Notes under the pieces: generated by a model
Database searches by the model: none
What the model was told of the DNA's origin: nothing
Seen by the model: only the letters and a program-made list of their open reading frames with translations
Made by a program: the position numbers and the translations under genes
Part shown: piece by piece, positions 28,642 through 38,729 of the stretch
Numbering within the stretch: position 1 is the first letter of the stretch
Layout: every line of letters starts with the position of its first letter
IMG/VR virus record: IMGVR_UViG_3300028048_001599
DNA length: 64,000 bases
From: a virus
Lineage: Duplodnaviria > Heunggongvirae > Uroviricota > Caudoviricetes
Strand: one strand, 5' to 3'

Positions 28642-29607
28642 ATGAAATTAAAAAGACTTTTAGCGGTTCTCCTTGCATCGGTTGTATTTGTCGTACCGAT
28701 GTCAGCTTGTAATAATTCTTGTTGCAAAGATGGTGAATGTCAGTGTAGTTGTTGTAATCAGAACAAGGAAAGTTCTGTTGAATCTTCGGATGAATCTGAA
28801 TCACTTCCTGATGAAAATACCAACTCTGAATCGTATTCAGAACCATCAGACGAAGTAAAGGCAACAAAGGTTTATAAATACTTTGATAAAGTAAACACGG
28901 ATAAGGATACAAAAGTTACAGTCACATCTGATAATACCACATATAAGTATTTTGTAAGTGACGGCGAGATGGTTCAGTATGTTAACGTAACGGGTGATAA
29001 CCCTCAGGAGGGGGTACAATATAGTAAGGGTGATAAAGCTTATATTGTTGATATTACAAATAAGCAATACCGGACTTACGATTTGACGAATGACGAGAAG
29101 GCAATGAAATCTACGTACCTCTCAAATATCGTAAAAACAATGTTTACAAGTATAGAATTTGTGGATGAAAAAGACGGATACGAGGTATTTAAGTTTATAA
29201 CAACAGATTCAGAGGAGAAGAACGGGGTAGACTCAACTGAGAAATCAGTTGTTGATGATATTGAACCATCAAAGAAGTCAACATCGAGTGGTGCTACCGC
29301 GAGTTCCGCAAGTACTGACAGTTCTGAGGTTTCTGATGATGCTTCTGAAATAGTAACTCCAGAATATCTTTACATGAAAGTTGAAAAAGACGGAGTACTT
29401 GTAGAATCACGTGATTCTAAAGGCGAGATTTTGGACTCATCAAAATACTCAGTTTCAAAGGTAACAGAAAGTGATAAAAAAGTTTGTTCAATAGAGGGGT
29501 GTAAGGAAATAAAGGGTGAAGATGTTTCAAATCTTCCTAACGTTCCTGATGTTTCTGAGGATACTTCAAAAGTTGAATCAGCTGTTGAGTCTAATAGCTC
29601 AAATTAA
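28642..29607 (+). CDS. Lipoprotein, paralog family member 1
   Basis: Lipobox MSAC. It shares the KDGxxY...KTY.IxD and EKDGYEVFKF...DKK motifs with 35114..35890 and 38730..39623. Confidence 0.65.
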   Translation: MKLKRLLAVLLASVVFVVPMSACNNSCCKDGECQCSCCNQNKESSVESSDESESLPDENTNSESYSEPSDEVKATKVYKYFDKVNTDKDTKVTVTSDNTTYKYFVSDGEMVQYVNVTGDNPQEGVQYSKGDKAYIVDITNKQYRTYDLTNDEKAMKSTYLSNIVKTMFTSIEFVDEKDGYEVFKFITTDSEEKNGVDSTEKSVVDDIEPSKKSTSSGATASSASTDSSEVSDDASEIVTPEYLYMKVEKDGVLVESRDSKGEILDSSKYSVSKVTESDKKVCSIEGCKEIKGEDVSNLPNVPDVSEDTSKVESAVESNSSN

Positions 29608-29771
29608 TAAAGTGTAGCAAGTATGTGTTAGTATACTAATATTGTATATAATACTTGGTGCATTAATAGCAATATTAGCATACATATACTCATTATATTA
29701 CTTTGTATCGATGTTGTTATTGATGCTGTCAGTTTTTGAGAAAGATAACCAACAAAGAGAGAAGGAACACA

Positions 29772-30245
29772 ATGAAGAGTATACGTGCAATTTTGAAGCA
29801 GAATGACAAACATGAAATAAAACTGAATTTTAGTGTGGATAATAGGTACAAATCAGCTATTGTAACGTCTATAATAAAAGCTATATCAATTATAATTTTA
29901 GGTATTATTGCACAGGTAAACGTTGGAGGCTCAGCTGGTTTATTTACGTTGTTTTCAACGATAGGAATAGGGGTAGTAATGATAGCACTAGGGATTCGGG
30001 TGTCTACAACAAAAGAGTTGTTAGATGTGCTTAGGTTAATCTTGATATATTTTATAACGGGGGTATTATACATTATATGTTTTGTATTAATTATTACGTT
30101 AGATATGTTTAAGGTTACGAGTGATTTTAAGTGGTTATCTTTAGTATCAGTAATAAATGTGGTAGTTAATTTCTGTTGTTATTATGTTTCATTGTTTGCA
30201 TTGGATATGCATTTACAGTATTCAAATAATTCAGATAAATTTTAA
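29772..30245 (+). CDS. Integral membrane protein (about 4 TM helices)
   Basis: ATG after AGAGAAGGAACACA. Hydrophobic helices are visible. Confidence 0.55.
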   Translation: MKSIRAILKQNDKHEIKLNFSVDNRYKSAIVTSIIKAISIIILGIIAQVNVGGSAGLFTLFSTIGIGVVMIALGIRVSTTKELLDVLRLILIYFITGVLYIICFVLIITLDMFKVTSDFKWLSLVSVINVVVNFCCYYVSLFALDMHLQYSNNSDKF

Positions 30246-30332
30246 ACCACAAGGTAGCACGACAGTGTTACCTTGTTCAATTTGTACTTTAATGTTGACC
30301 TTTTTGGTTTAAGGTCAAGGGGGACTTGAAGA

Positions 30333-31169
30333 ATGAAAAAGAATATATTAATTTTACTTGTAGCATGTTTGGTTTTGTTATGTTCAGGTTGTACTAATTG
30401 GGTTCATGCAGAGAGTGAGGATGACGTTTCTACAGCTTCAGAGGCAAGTATGTTAGAAAAAGCAACTGCATCCACTGATAATAAGGCTCAACTTAAAGAG
30501 GAAAACAGTAAACAAGAAGTTATCACGTTGACTACGGAATTTAAGTCAAAAATTAAAAAATTATATGAAAAAGACTCAGATATGACTATAACATGTAAGA
30601 TAAAGAATCATTACGGTGAGTGTTCTTTTTCTTGGGATTACATTGTAAGAAAACATTCTGATTATGCATATCGTGTATATATTGAGAATATTAAATGTAC
30701 AAGTTGTAATTTTAAATCTATAACTTCTGAGGATGTTACTAACTACATGAATAGAGTATTAAGTTGTACCACCTTAGAGGGAATAAGAGGGGTAGATGAA
30801 TGTGCTTATGATTTGTATATTTTTAATGCACGTGTGCGGGAAAAAATAGACGCATCAGATTTTCAGAGACTTGTATTTGATAAATTAAATGACAACGATG
30901 AAATAATATATGATTCGTATGATGGTGAATGTTTACGTGCATCACATGAGGCATTAGGTTGTATAGCTTCAAAAATAACAGACATATATGGTGGGGACAT
31001 TACTTCGGTATTATCAGCTGATATAAATTTCGATGCTAAACAATCAGATAAAACTCAGCATTTCATAAGGGGTAATTACACATATGATGTTTCCTTGAGT
31101 AAAGACGAACTCAAATTAAATTCAGTAGTAAATGACGTAAAAACCGAAATGACAATCAAGATTAAATAA
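30333..31169 (+). CDS. Lipoprotein (lipobox CSGC)
   Basis: RBS AGGGGGA. Signal peptide MKKNILILLVACLVLLCSGC. Confidence 0.6.
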   Translation: MKKNILILLVACLVLLCSGCTNWVHAESEDDVSTASEASMLEKATASTDNKAQLKEENSKQEVITLTTEFKSKIKKLYEKDSDMTITCKIKNHYGECSFSWDYIVRKHSDYAYRVYIENIKCTSCNFKSITSEDVTNYMNRVLSCTTLEGIRGVDECAYDLYIFNARVREKIDASDFQRLVFDKLNDNDEIIYDSYDGECLRASHEALGCIASKITDIYGGDITSVLSADINFDAKQSDKTQHFIRGNYTYDVSLSKDELKLNSVVNDVKTEMTIKIK

Positions 31170-31220
31170 GGTAAGCACACTTATGTGTTTATAATAAATT
31201 ATGAAAAATGAGGTATGAAC

Positions 31221-32792
31221 ATGGAAATCGAGTTTATTCCAATCATTATTGGAGTGGTTGTAGTCATAGCATTAATTATATTTATGTGTATGATTTATCG
31301 TGTTGCAGACATCGACAAGGCACTAATTGTAACAGGCGGTAAGAAACCAATAGTCAAGGTATCAGGGGGTAGTTTTGTAATTCCGATATTCCGAAAAGCT
31401 CAGTACTTTGACCTTTGTATGCTTACTGTTACTGCTGACAGGGATGAGGTAAAGACAGTAACAGCGGTACCAATTATCATTGACTGGACAGCACAGATTA
31501 GACCTGATACATCTGATGTAGAAGGTAAACTTATGAAAGCTATTGTATCATTTAAAGAGAGGGGTAAAGACGGCATTGTAAATGACGTAAGACTTACACT
31601 GACTGGTGCAGTACGTGATATAGTTGCTTCAATGACACCTGAAGAGGTACTGAAGGATAAACAGACATTTACTGAAAAAGTAATACATATCGTGTCTGAT
31701 GAAATGGCAAAAATGGGTATGGAACTTGTTTCATTAAACATTCAGGACATAACTGATAAAAATGGTTACTATGATAACATGGCAGCACCTGATATGCAAG
31801 CCAAAAGGCAAGAGGCTGAAGTCACAAAGGCGAAAGTTGACCAAGCTATCAGAGAGCAGAAGGCAGAGTCTGAGAAGAAGGCACAACAGGCAGAACTTAC
31901 ATCACAGTTGGAAGTAGCTGAAAAGAAAAAGGATAACGACCTAAAACTTGCAGACTTCAAAACACAGACAGACGTAGCTAACGCTAACGCTGAGATTGCT
32001 GGTGAACTTCAAAAGACAAAAAGACAGCAAGAGATAGCCGTAGAACAAGGTCGTATTAAAGTTGTAGAACAGGAACAGGCTAACCTTGCCGCTCAGAAAG
32101 AAAAAGAGGTAATTGCCACAAAAGCGGAAGCAAACAAGCAGAAAAAGATGATTGACGCTGAGGGTGACGCAAACGTAAAGAGAATAGCAGCCGAGATGGG
32201 GGTAGAAGTTGCAAAACAGGATGCCGAGGCTGTAAGAACCACTGCTAAGGCTCAGGCTGATAGAGTAACTGCTGAAGGTAACGCTGAAGCAGAGGTTGTA
32301 AGACAAAAAGGTATTGCAGCTGCGGACGTTCAGAAAGCACAGGGTACTGCTGAGGCTGACGTTGATAGAGCAAAGCGTATGGCAGAGGCAGATGGTACAA
32401 AAGCACAGCTTATAGCACAAGCTGAAGGTGAACAGGCACTTGCTGATGCTCGTGCTTCACACGATAAAGTCAATTTTGAACTTGCGAAGGTTGAAATTGA
32501 GAATCGTACAAAAGTTGAGATTGCAACTAATGTAGCTACAATAATGGCAGAGGTTGGAAAGAACGCTCAGTTCGTAAATATTGGCGGTTCAGTAGGTAAT
32601 GGTTCAACAGGAAATGTACTTCTCGACACCCTGAGAGGTATACCGGAACTTATGAAGGTTCTTGACGTTGAAAATCAGGCACTTAACGGAAAGCCGTTCA
32701 ATGAAGAGGTTGAAGGACTTGTAAAGAGTGTAGCAGGACCTGTAAAGGGTATTTTGTCAAGTAACACACCTGAGGCTACTGATAAGAAATAA
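31221..32792 (+). CDS. Flotillin / SPFH (band 7) domain protein
   Basis: N-terminal TM helix, then LIVTGGKKP...SPFH core, then a long Ala/Glu/Lys/Gln-rich coiled-coil region typical of flotillins (FloT-like). The start is probably ATG 31221 (9 nt from GAGGTA). Confidence 0.8.
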   Translation: MEIEFIPIIIGVVVVIALIIFMCMIYRVADIDKALIVTGGKKPIVKVSGGSFVIPIFRKAQYFDLCMLTVTADRDEVKTVTAVPIIIDWTAQIRPDTSDVEGKLMKAIVSFKERGKDGIVNDVRLTLTGAVRDIVASMTPEEVLKDKQTFTEKVIHIVSDEMAKMGMELVSLNIQDITDKNGYYDNMAAPDMQAKRQEAEVTKAKVDQAIREQKAESEKKAQQAELTSQLEVAEKKKDNDLKLADFKTQTDVANANAEIAGELQKTKRQQEIAVEQGRIKVVEQEQANLAAQKEKEVIATKAEANKQKKMIDAEGDANVKRIAAEMGVEVAKQDAEAVRTTAKAQADRVTAEGNAEAEVVRQKGIAAADVQKAQGTAEADVDRAKRMAEADGTKAQLIAQAEGEQALADARASHDKVNFELAKVEIENRTKVEIATNVATIMAEVGKNAQFVNIGGSVGNGSTGNVLLDTLRGIPELMKVLDVENQALNGKPFNEEVEGLVKSVAGPVKGILSSNTPEATDKK

Positions 32793-32810
32793 TTACATAA
32801 TATAACATTA

Positions 32811-32882
32811 ATACACGTATCATATAATAAATACATAATAATTTGTTATGGCATTTATTGCTGATACGTGTATATTTTTATG
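32811..32882 (+). terminator. Long-range inverted repeat plus T-tract (possible terminator)
   Basis: atacacgtatca ... tgatacgtgtat (12 bp perfect, about 40-nt loop) followed by ATTTTTATG. Confidence 0.35.
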
Positions 32883-33080
32883 CTTAGTGAACATTTATTT
32901 ATTATGAAATAGTAATGGTTTTGCATATCTTGATGACGTTATAAAAGACGTCTATAAATACATTCATTGATTTATTCTGTCGAAATTTGTAGAAGATTAG
33001 AGTAATTTGTTGTACATTAGAAAGTTGATAAGAAATCATTAGTTAGTTTTTATATTCAGTTAGAGGATGGGTGTAATACT

Positions 33081-33476
33081 ATGATTATTGGTTATAGAAC
33101 ACAAAATTCAAGTTTTAACTCAATAGTAGTACCCTTTAAAGATGTACTTGAGTTTGAAACAAAGGAGTTAGGAAATGTAGATATTTACCTAACAATGCGT
33201 GAACGTTATGGTTTGAAAATAGACCTACGTTGGAAAAAAGACAAATGTAACGCTATAATACTTGAATATTTTAAAAAGAAATACAAAGGGGTAGTTCCAC
33301 TTTGTGTTTGGCTTTGTGACTCACCTTATTCTGTTAAACAACTTTACTCACACGGTAATGAACCAATAATAAAGGTAATATTACCTGATAGTACCATTAT
33401 TGCATCAGATTTGGGATATGACGGTAGGTTATATGTGATACATTCAGGTCAAACTTACTCTTGGGAATATGTATAA
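33081..33476 (+). CDS. Hypothetical protein
   Basis: ORF followed by an imperfect hairpin at 33489..33520. Confidence 0.5.
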   Translation: MIIGYRTQNSSFNSIVVPFKDVLEFETKELGNVDIYLTMRERYGLKIDLRWKKDKCNAIILEYFKKKYKGVVPLCVWLCDSPYSVKQLYSHGNEPIIKVILPDSTIIASDLGYDGRLYVIHSGQTYSWEYV

Positions 33477-33621
33477 GATTTATAATTATTACCTGTTGGT
33501 TAAGTATTACCGACAGGTAAAAATTAATAACATATTTCCATTATTAATAAATAAGTGATAGTGTCTGAGTGGATTGAAGGGGAGTTTAAGGACACAAACT
33601 AATAGAAAAGGGGTAATACAT

Positions 33622-34611
33622 ATGAGAAGTGTTAAAAAACGCATTTTGAGTGTTGCTTTATCATTGACTATGGTCTTAGGTGTTTCAATTTTACCTGCTT
33701 CAATTTCTGTTGATGCCGCTAACTTGAATAGTTTAAGTAATGGTTATAAGAAGAATGGTAACATTGAATCTAAATATTATAGACAGTTAAAGAACACGGT
33801 AAATGATATCAACGCAAATAATAAGACAAATTCGACAATTTATATGAACGCTACAGCACGTATCGCAGAATCCCAAGTGGGGTATTCTTGTTATGCAACA
33901 TTCGGTGATTCAAGTGCTGTTCGTTGGAATGGTATATCTGCACGTATGAATGGCTATTACACGGGGAATACTGAATATACACGTTGGTTCTTCACTGATG
34001 TAATTAAAGATGCTAAAAACAGGTCTAATAGATATGCAGACCTCGATTGGTGTGCAATATTTGCATCGTGGTGTATGTATCATTCGGGGTATCATGCTAA
34101 TACCTCTGATAAATATATAGTATACTCATCGTGTGCCGATCCACGTAAGGATTTAGCAAAGGGTGAACGTTGGACTGCATTTAATGGTGCAGAGAGCAAA
34201 TGTTGGTATACAAAGACTGGTACCATTGCACTTAATGAGCAATCTTGGGTTTATCATGCATGGTCGGGGTTCAACGGTTATAAAGATTTCAAGACTTGGA
34301 ATAAAAATGTTACATCCAATCATAGAAATCGTAGTGCACTGTATAAATACACAAGCAACGGAAAGACAGTAAATGCAAATGGTATACCTTATAAGCGTGG
34401 TGGTTTGGTATTTTTCGACTGGGAACAGGACGGTAAATTTAACCATGTTGCTATTGTGAAGAAGGTTAGTGGTAATACATTAACAATCATAGAAGGTAAC
34501 GCAAGAGCAGGTGGAATAGGGGGTACACATTCGGGAAATTCTAGTGTACGCATAACCACTGTAAACTTGAAAACTCAAGGCAAATTTATTGCCGCATATA
34601 TGGAATATTAA
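33622..34611 (+). CDS. Secreted CHAP-domain peptidoglycan hydrolase (putative endolysin or virion lysin)
   Basis: ATG after AAAGGGGTAATACAT. Signal peptide MRSVKKRILSVALSLTMVLGVSILPASISVDA. CHAP signature Cys (LDWCAIFASWCMYH) and His (FNHVAIVKKVSGNTLTIIEGNA). Confidence 0.7.
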   Translation: MRSVKKRILSVALSLTMVLGVSILPASISVDAANLNSLSNGYKKNGNIESKYYRQLKNTVNDINANNKTNSTIYMNATARIAESQVGYSCYATFGDSSAVRWNGISARMNGYYTGNTEYTRWFFTDVIKDAKNRSNRYADLDWCAIFASWCMYHSGYHANTSDKYIVYSSCADPRKDLAKGERWTAFNGAESKCWYTKTGTIALNEQSWVYHAWSGFNGYKDFKTWNKNVTSNHRNRSALYKYTSNGKTVNANGIPYKRGGLVFFDWEQDGKFNHVAIVKKVSGNTLTIIEGNARAGGIGGTHSGNSSVRITTVNLKTQGKFIAAYMEY

Positions 34612-34625
34612 TATAACCTAACATA

Positions 34626-34665
34626 ATATGTCTATACTTCGGTATAGGCATATTTTTTATTTTAT
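34626..34665 (+). terminator. Rho-independent terminator
   Basis: atatgtctatac-ttcg-gtataggcatat followed by TTTTTTATTTT. Confidence 0.6.
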
Positions 34666-34799
34666 TTTTAATGTAAATTTGAGACATTTATTAATACTTT
34701 TATCTATAATAAATAAGTTTAAAAAGCGGAAAAATCATAGGAAAGGGGCAAAACTATGATACTTACTACTATCTTACAAAATAATAAGGAATGATAGTT

Positions 34800-35099
34800 A
34801 TGAAATTAAGAATAAAGCCTATTTCGGTTGATTTAAAATGTAAGAAGACCATTGAACAGGCAGCAAGACAACTGGGTATTTTACCATATTTTACAAAATA
34901 TAATGGTAGATATATAGCAATTCTTACTAACAGGAAAATAAATATAGATGACACAATTGTAGTCAAGGAGGAACATGCCTCAAGTGGAGATGTAGTTTTA
35001 TTAAATGGGGTATCGACTGTATGGGGAAATTTTTTGTTTAAGAAATTGCAGTTTAATGAATTAATGACGAAAAACTTTATTACATATGCAGAGGTTTAA
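34800..35099 (+). CDS. Hypothetical protein
   Basis: ATG after AAGGAATGA. Confidence 0.4.
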   Translation: MKLRIKPISVDLKCKKTIEQAARQLGILPYFTKYNGRYIAILTNRKINIDDTIVVKEEHASSGDVVLLNGVSTVWGNFLFKKLQFNELMTKNFITYAEV

Positions 35100-35113
35100 T
35101 AGGGGGAGCAAAA

Positions 35114-35890
35114 ATGAAAATTTCGAGGGTATTAGCGGTTAGCATGTGTTGTGTTATATGTTCAGCACTTGTAGGTTGTGATAATAAAAGTAATAATGAG
35201 GTTTCAGAATCCGCTGAATTAAGTATAGTAGTAAGTACTGAGACCTCAAATGATAGTAGTGATACTTCAAAAAATCCTATGCAACATGAATCATCAAATG
35301 ATGCAGAAAGTTCATTAACAAAACCTACTGTATCTAACGATTCTAATTATATCTCTATTAATGACTTAGATAAAACAAAGTCTTACGGATATTATAAAAA
35401 TTTCAAATCAATGGGTTCAGCGACATTGTCTGGTGAAATTGTAGAAATACTAAACGATTCAGAAAATGTATCGACTTTTAAGATGTGTAAGGACGGTAAG
35501 AAAATATACATCGAAATGTTTTCGGGGGATTTTGGTTTAGCCGAATACTTTGATGGAAAGCAATATTACACATTAAATAAAACTGACAAAACCTACAGTG
35601 TAATTGATGGTTTATCCTATAATTTTGACGGTGAAATAAACGGTTTATTTACTGGTATGGCAAGTGTAGTAGAAAAAGATGGTATAGAAATATTTACATT
35701 ATCGGATGTGCAATACGCAGCGAATGGTGATGTTGAATTATTAGCTGAAACAACAGATGATGGTGTAACATTAAGTATTCGCAAAGCAGGGGGTACTGAA
35801 ATTAAGCGAAAAATTCGTTTTAGAATAAGTACACTTTCAGAAGATGATAAACAAAATTTCGGTATCAATGGTTATAAGAAGGTTGAGTAG
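35114..35890 (+). CDS. Lipoprotein, paralog family member 2
   Basis: Lipobox LVGC. C-terminal EKDGIEIFTLSD...FRISTLSEDDKQNFGINGYKKV parallels 38730 FKLSKVSDNDKKLFDISGYNEI. Confidence 0.65.
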   Translation: MKISRVLAVSMCCVICSALVGCDNKSNNEVSESAELSIVVSTETSNDSSDTSKNPMQHESSNDAESSLTKPTVSNDSNYISINDLDKTKSYGYYKNFKSMGSATLSGEIVEILNDSENVSTFKMCKDGKKIYIEMFSGDFGLAEYFDGKQYYTLNKTDKTYSVIDGLSYNFDGEINGLFTGMASVVEKDGIEIFTLSDVQYAANGDVELLAETTDDGVTLSIRKAGGTEIKRKIRFRISTLSEDDKQNFGINGYKKVE

Positions 35891-35901
35891 TGAGGTTACA
35901 T

Positions 35902-36120
35902 ATGAAAAGATTATCTAAGAGAAATTCAAGAAACAATAAGATGTTTGTTTCAATACTGTTATGTATTTCGATAGTTCTTATAGCTTTAATGGTAACAATA
36001 ATAGTTATATCAATGCCTATGTTATCATTTCAAGAAACCTGTTTTGCATTTGGTATTTTATTTATAGCAATGTTAGCATGGTGGTTATTTTATAGGAGAA
36101 TCCGGAAGAAATTAAAATAA
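35902..36120 (+). CDS. Small two-TM membrane protein (holin-like candidate)
   Basis: ATG after GTGAGGT. It has two hydrophobic helices and a basic C-terminus. Confidence 0.45.
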   Translation: MKRLSKRNSRNNKMFVSILLCISIVLIALMVTIIVISMPMLSFQETCFAFGILFIAMLAWWLFYRRIRKKLK

Positions 36121-36131
36121 GAGGTGACAGT

Positions 36132-36413
36132 ATGATAGAAATAACGGTAGATAATGCAAGACAGGGTTGCTACGATGGTAATTACCTACGTGGTATGTTT
36201 CCTGTGATAGCATTCACAAAATACAGGGGTAACTTTATAGCAATACCAGGTGTAACTTTGAATAAGAATGAAAAAATCATTATTCATGATGTCCCTGATA
36301 CGAGCAAATGGGGGTTTTGGACAAGAAGTAAACTACCAATAGAAATAACATACTCTTCTGTTTCAGAAAAACAATTAGGTTCAAAGGATTTTGTATTATT
36401 TACAGTAGTATAA
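36132..36413 (+). CDS. Hypothetical protein
   Basis: ORF with RBS AGAGGTGA. Confidence 0.5.
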   Translation: MIEITVDNARQGCYDGNYLRGMFPVIAFTKYRGNFIAIPGVTLNKNEKIIIHDVPDTSKWGFWTRSKLPIEITYSSVSEKQLGSKDFVLFTVV

Positions 36414-36427
36414 TGTGAGGTGTTTGG

Positions 36428-36991
36428 ATGAATACATATTTTATTTCAGATTTACATTTTGGTCACGCTAACGTCATTAAGTATGACAATAGACCTTTCG
36501 TAAATATAGAACAAAACGATTCGGTGTTAATAGACAATTGGAATAGTCGTGTTACAGATAAAGATGAAGTGTACATTCTTGGTGACTTTAGTTGGTATAA
36601 TGCAGCAAAGACACTTGAAATTTTCAGTAAACTCAAGGGAAAAAAGTATCTAATTCGAGGTAATCATGACAGCAAGTTATTGAAAAACTCAAAAATTAGA
36701 GGTCTGTTTGAAGAAATTGTAGACTATAAGGAAATCAAACTAACAAAGGATTTTGGTTTGGTGTTATCACATTATCCCATCCCTTGTTTCAATCATCACA
36801 TTCAGGGCTGGGTTCATTTGTATGGGCATGTTCATAACACACTTGAATGGAATGTAATGTTACTAACAAAGGAAACATTAGAGAGAACATTCAACGCACC
36901 GTGTCGTATGTATAACATCGGTTGTATGATGGATTATATGGGATATACTCCAAGGACATTGGAAGAAATATTGAGTACTTGTGAAAATTAA
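36428..36991 (+). CDS. Calcineurin-like metallophosphoesterase
   Basis: The N-terminal ISDLHFGH, GDFS and GNHD motifs are the conserved phosphoesterase metal-binding blocks. Confidence 0.75.
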   Translation: MNTYFISDLHFGHANVIKYDNRPFVNIEQNDSVLIDNWNSRVTDKDEVYILGDFSWYNAAKTLEIFSKLKGKKYLIRGNHDSKLLKNSKIRGLFEEIVDYKEIKLTKDFGLVLSHYPIPCFNHHIQGWVHLYGHVHNTLEWNVMLLTKETLERTFNAPCRMYNIGCMMDYMGYTPRTLEEILSTCEN

Positions 36992-37006
36992 TTAGGGGGA
37001 ATTTAA

Positions 37007-38353
37007 GTGGCACTTACAGATGAATATGAAGTGGATGAAAGAGAGGATGAAACCTTAGACGATGAATATGACGATGCTTTTGATGGTGCTGAAAAACTGC
37101 AACATGAGCTACTGTCAATAAAATCAGAGGTAACATTAAAAGAACAGGACATTGAAATAGATGATATTCTAACATCTGATTTCAAAAAGGTATCTCGTGG
37201 TAAAACAATAACAGGTCTTTCAAATCTAATAGCCGACTGGGGTATCGTAACACCAATCCATGTTTTAAAACTTGAGGATGATGATACATACTTACTACTT
37301 GATGGTTTACGTAGAATATATGCAGCACTTCGTAAAGGTGAATCTAAAGTCAGGGCGATAATTTGGGAGTTCAGTGATATTGATGAGGGTAAAGATATTG
37401 CTCCTATTGTTTCTTTAATGGTAAATAGGTCACAACCTTATGCTAATAAGGAACAGTGGAATATAATGCAATTATTACTTGAACGTTCAACATCACCTGG
37501 ACTTATAGAGTTCCTACTTCAACTTCCTGCTGGTGACGCTATGCGATTACAAGATATAATGACAGCAGACGTTGATGGTTTTCAGGAGTTTCGTGATAAA
37601 TTTCTTGCTGACGAGCTAAATATTGATGCAGCATATAAGAAACTGCAGAAATGTAGAAAAGACGAGGACAAACTTGAAAAGGAAGACCGTACTATCATAA
37701 CTGATTCAGAAGACGGTGGTAAAGATACAGCACAGGGTGACGAGAGAAGACTACTTGAACAGGATGAAGTTCTCGACCTTCTGGATATGTCATCTGATGG
37801 TGATGTCGATGACATGGATGTTGAGGATTTGGACATGACATCAGAGGTCAACAAAGCCAAAGTTCAAGATAAAGACGATAGACATCCTGTAGACCCACTT
37901 ATAAAACAAGAAACATTCCGTAGAGATAACTTCACTTGTCAGTGCTGTGGTCTTAACGGTGAAGCAAATATAGCTGTATTGATATTCCATCATATAGTGG
38001 GGGTAGCTTGTGGAGGACCCGACTCAGTTGACAACGGTTTAACATTGTGTCAAAATTGCCACATGCTTCTTCATTTATATGTATTCGGTAAAGTCCATAT
38101 CCACTGGAACGAACTTGATGAGGCACAGACGAAAAAATTTAAGCGTATCTGTAAATACGGTAATGTGCAAATCAAAGCTTGGAAAAAAGTGGGGGTATCT
38201 AAAGAGGAAGCTTATAAAAAGGACGCAGACTCTCGTAGACACTTATACCCTGGTGAGGGACTTGACGTAATCAATCAGGCATATGATAGAGCAAAAAGGG
38301 ACGGAACTTTTGATAATACATCAAAGGAACAAGAAAATACAGATGAGGGTTGA
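37007..38353 (+). CDS. ParB/Srx-like N-terminal domain fused to an HNH endonuclease
   Basis: LLDGLRRIYAALRKG (ParB GxRRxxA box). C-terminal CQCCG...HHIV...NGLTLCQNCHMLLH (HNH). Acidic linker. GTG start after AGGGGGA. Confidence 0.75.
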   Translation: MALTDEYEVDEREDETLDDEYDDAFDGAEKLQHELLSIKSEVTLKEQDIEIDDILTSDFKKVSRGKTITGLSNLIADWGIVTPIHVLKLEDDDTYLLLDGLRRIYAALRKGESKVRAIIWEFSDIDEGKDIAPIVSLMVNRSQPYANKEQWNIMQLLLERSTSPGLIEFLLQLPAGDAMRLQDIMTADVDGFQEFRDKFLADELNIDAAYKKLQKCRKDEDKLEKEDRTIITDSEDGGKDTAQGDERRLLEQDEVLDLLDMSSDGDVDDMDVEDLDMTSEVNKAKVQDKDDRHPVDPLIKQETFRRDNFTCQCCGLNGEANIAVLIFHHIVGVACGGPDSVDNGLTLCQNCHMLLHLYVFGKVHIHWNELDEAQTKKFKRICKYGNVQIKAWKKVGVSKEEAYKKDADSRRHLYPGEGLDVINQAYDRAKRDGTFDNTSKEQENTDEG

Positions 38354-38358
38354 TATTT

Positions 38359-38718
38359 ATGAATAGTAAAGTTGTAAAGCAGTTCACAGTTTCGGTACTA
38401 GAGGTAATGGATACTGTTCACGTTTATGAGAAGTTCAAATTATCCTTTAATGGGAACCTTGATAGATTCATGAAAGACAGTAATGGTATTGATATACTCG
38501 AGGTTCGTAAATTTGGTTCAAGATTGTTATTCATTGTTGTGGAGAAGAAATCAGGTGTCACTCCGGATTCAGCATATAGATACTTATTTGAGCGTTTTGG
38601 TGCAATTTTTGATGTGAATAGTAATATTCCGGCATGTATTGTTAGAATAAGTGGTACTAAAACTCAAAGTTATAAACTCTTTATAGATGACGAGATATGT
38701 GAGAAATCAAGTATCTAG
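38359..38718 (+). CDS. Hypothetical protein
   Basis: ATG after GAGGGTTGA. Confidence 0.5.
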   Translation: MNSKVVKQFTVSVLEVMDTVHVYEKFKLSFNGNLDRFMKDSNGIDILEVRKFGSRLLFIVVEKKSGVTPDSAYRYLFERFGAIFDVNSNIPACIVRISGTKTQSYKLFIDDEICEKSSI

Positions 38719-38729
38719 GGGGTGATAAA

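Noticed and set aside
34679-34715. Possible promoter TTGAGA...TATAAT upstream of 34800
   Set aside because: Spacer length is about 20 nt rather than 17 +/- 1, and it lacks the TGn extension seen in the five clear promoters.
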